A stretch of DNA of 64,000 bases from Deltaproteobacteria bacterium. GTDB taxonomy: Bacteria > Desulfobacterota > Syntrophia > Syntrophales > JAFGHS01. The stretch's first letter is position 1. Each line of letters opens with the position of its first letter. The DNA is taken from assembly GCA_016930075.1 (NCBI GenBank), contig JAFGHS010000140.1:676-64675 (forward strand). Reading direction: 5' to 3'. This document shows positions 63,706 to 64,000 of the stretch, one piece after another. The position numbers and the translations under genes were made by a program. Below the pieces are notes generated by a model. That model worked only from the letters and a program-made list of their open reading frames with translations. It was not told where the DNA came from and did no database searches.

Positions 63706-64000
63706 CTAAACCCGAAATTGCCCTTCGGCGATCGTTATGGCCCTGCCGCCGACGGACACGCTGATCTTCCCGCCTTTTTTGCCTGCCTTCAGATACAGAA
63801 GCGACGGCCTGCCGATTTCATAGCCCTGTTCGCTCCGGATGTCGATGCTTCTTTGGCCCCAATAGCGGTGCTTCACCAGATAGGCGGCAAGACAGCCGTT
63901 GCCGCTTCCCGTCGCGGGATCTTCCGGAACGCCGTAATAATCGGCAAACATCCGGACGCTGATATCGTTTTGTTTTACGTGGGTTTCCGGGCAGAAGATC
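63706..64000 (-). CDS. PhzF-family isomerase, C-terminal part (5' end beyond the window)
   Basis: ...RMFADYYGVPEDPATGSGNGCLAAYL... is the conserved PhzF C-terminal half. The frame stays open to the window edge. Confidence 0.8.
   Translation of the reverse strand, partial: IFCPETHVKQNDISVRMFADYYGVPEDPATGSGNGCLAAYLVKHRYWGQRSIDIRSEQGYEIGRPSLLYLKAGKKGGKISVSVGGRAITIAEGQFRV

Noticed and set aside
1-64000. Search for tRNA, rRNA, tmRNA and CRISPR arrays
   Set aside because: No T-loop/acceptor patterns (GGTTCGAATCC-like) outside coding sequence, no rRNA-like segments, and no regularly spaced direct repeats. The only repeated elements are the hairpin-unit families described above.

Overview
64-kb chromosomal window of roughly 50% GC by eye. 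Gene content and repeat families suggest an anaerobic deltaproteobacterium-type genome (Thermodesulfobacteriota, possibly Syntrophales-like), but that is inference only. I support about 60 protein genes, mostly housekeeping. They include tyrS-ymdB-rny-zapA/zapB and a phenylalanine-related locus: paaK, an ACT protein, a Phe-codon leader peptide with terminator, and a DAHP synthase-prephenate dehydratase fusion. Further genes are hldD/kdsB, pdxST, a fadB-like gene, an Mla/MCE-type transporter, htrA, three tandem sHSP genes, a large radical SAM fusion and a LysR/leuCD-like/methyltransferase cluster. A long minus-strand run follows: hgdB/A-like, pgpA, cinA, thpR, an inserted GIY-YIG gene, recA, recX, a small Cys-rich gene and alaS. 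I saw no rRNA, tRNA or CRISPR array. Accessory or decaying DNA lies at about 42.5-46.4 kb: a truncated HigB-like toxin with an XRE antitoxin, an orphan methyltransferase-like gene divergent from an XRE gene, VapB with a 20-codon VapC stub, and a 354-aa coiled-coil protein. An intact vapBC sits at 51.6-52.3 kb. The most notable observations are these. (1) A pheL-like ribosome-mediated attenuator lies upstream of the DAHPS-PDT fusion. (2) A 29-nt hairpin unit, in inverted pairs, brackets a GIY-YIG nuclease gene inserted between thpR and recA, and also forms the core of two 146-bp MITE-like elements. (3) The Mla-type operon has only a Walker-A-less, motif-degenerate ATPase stub. (4) A HAMP-GGDEF protein has non-canonical base-recognition residues. 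(5) An exonuclease III-DUF484/GAF fusion is present. Many long antisense ORFs in the track are rejected as compositional artefacts.
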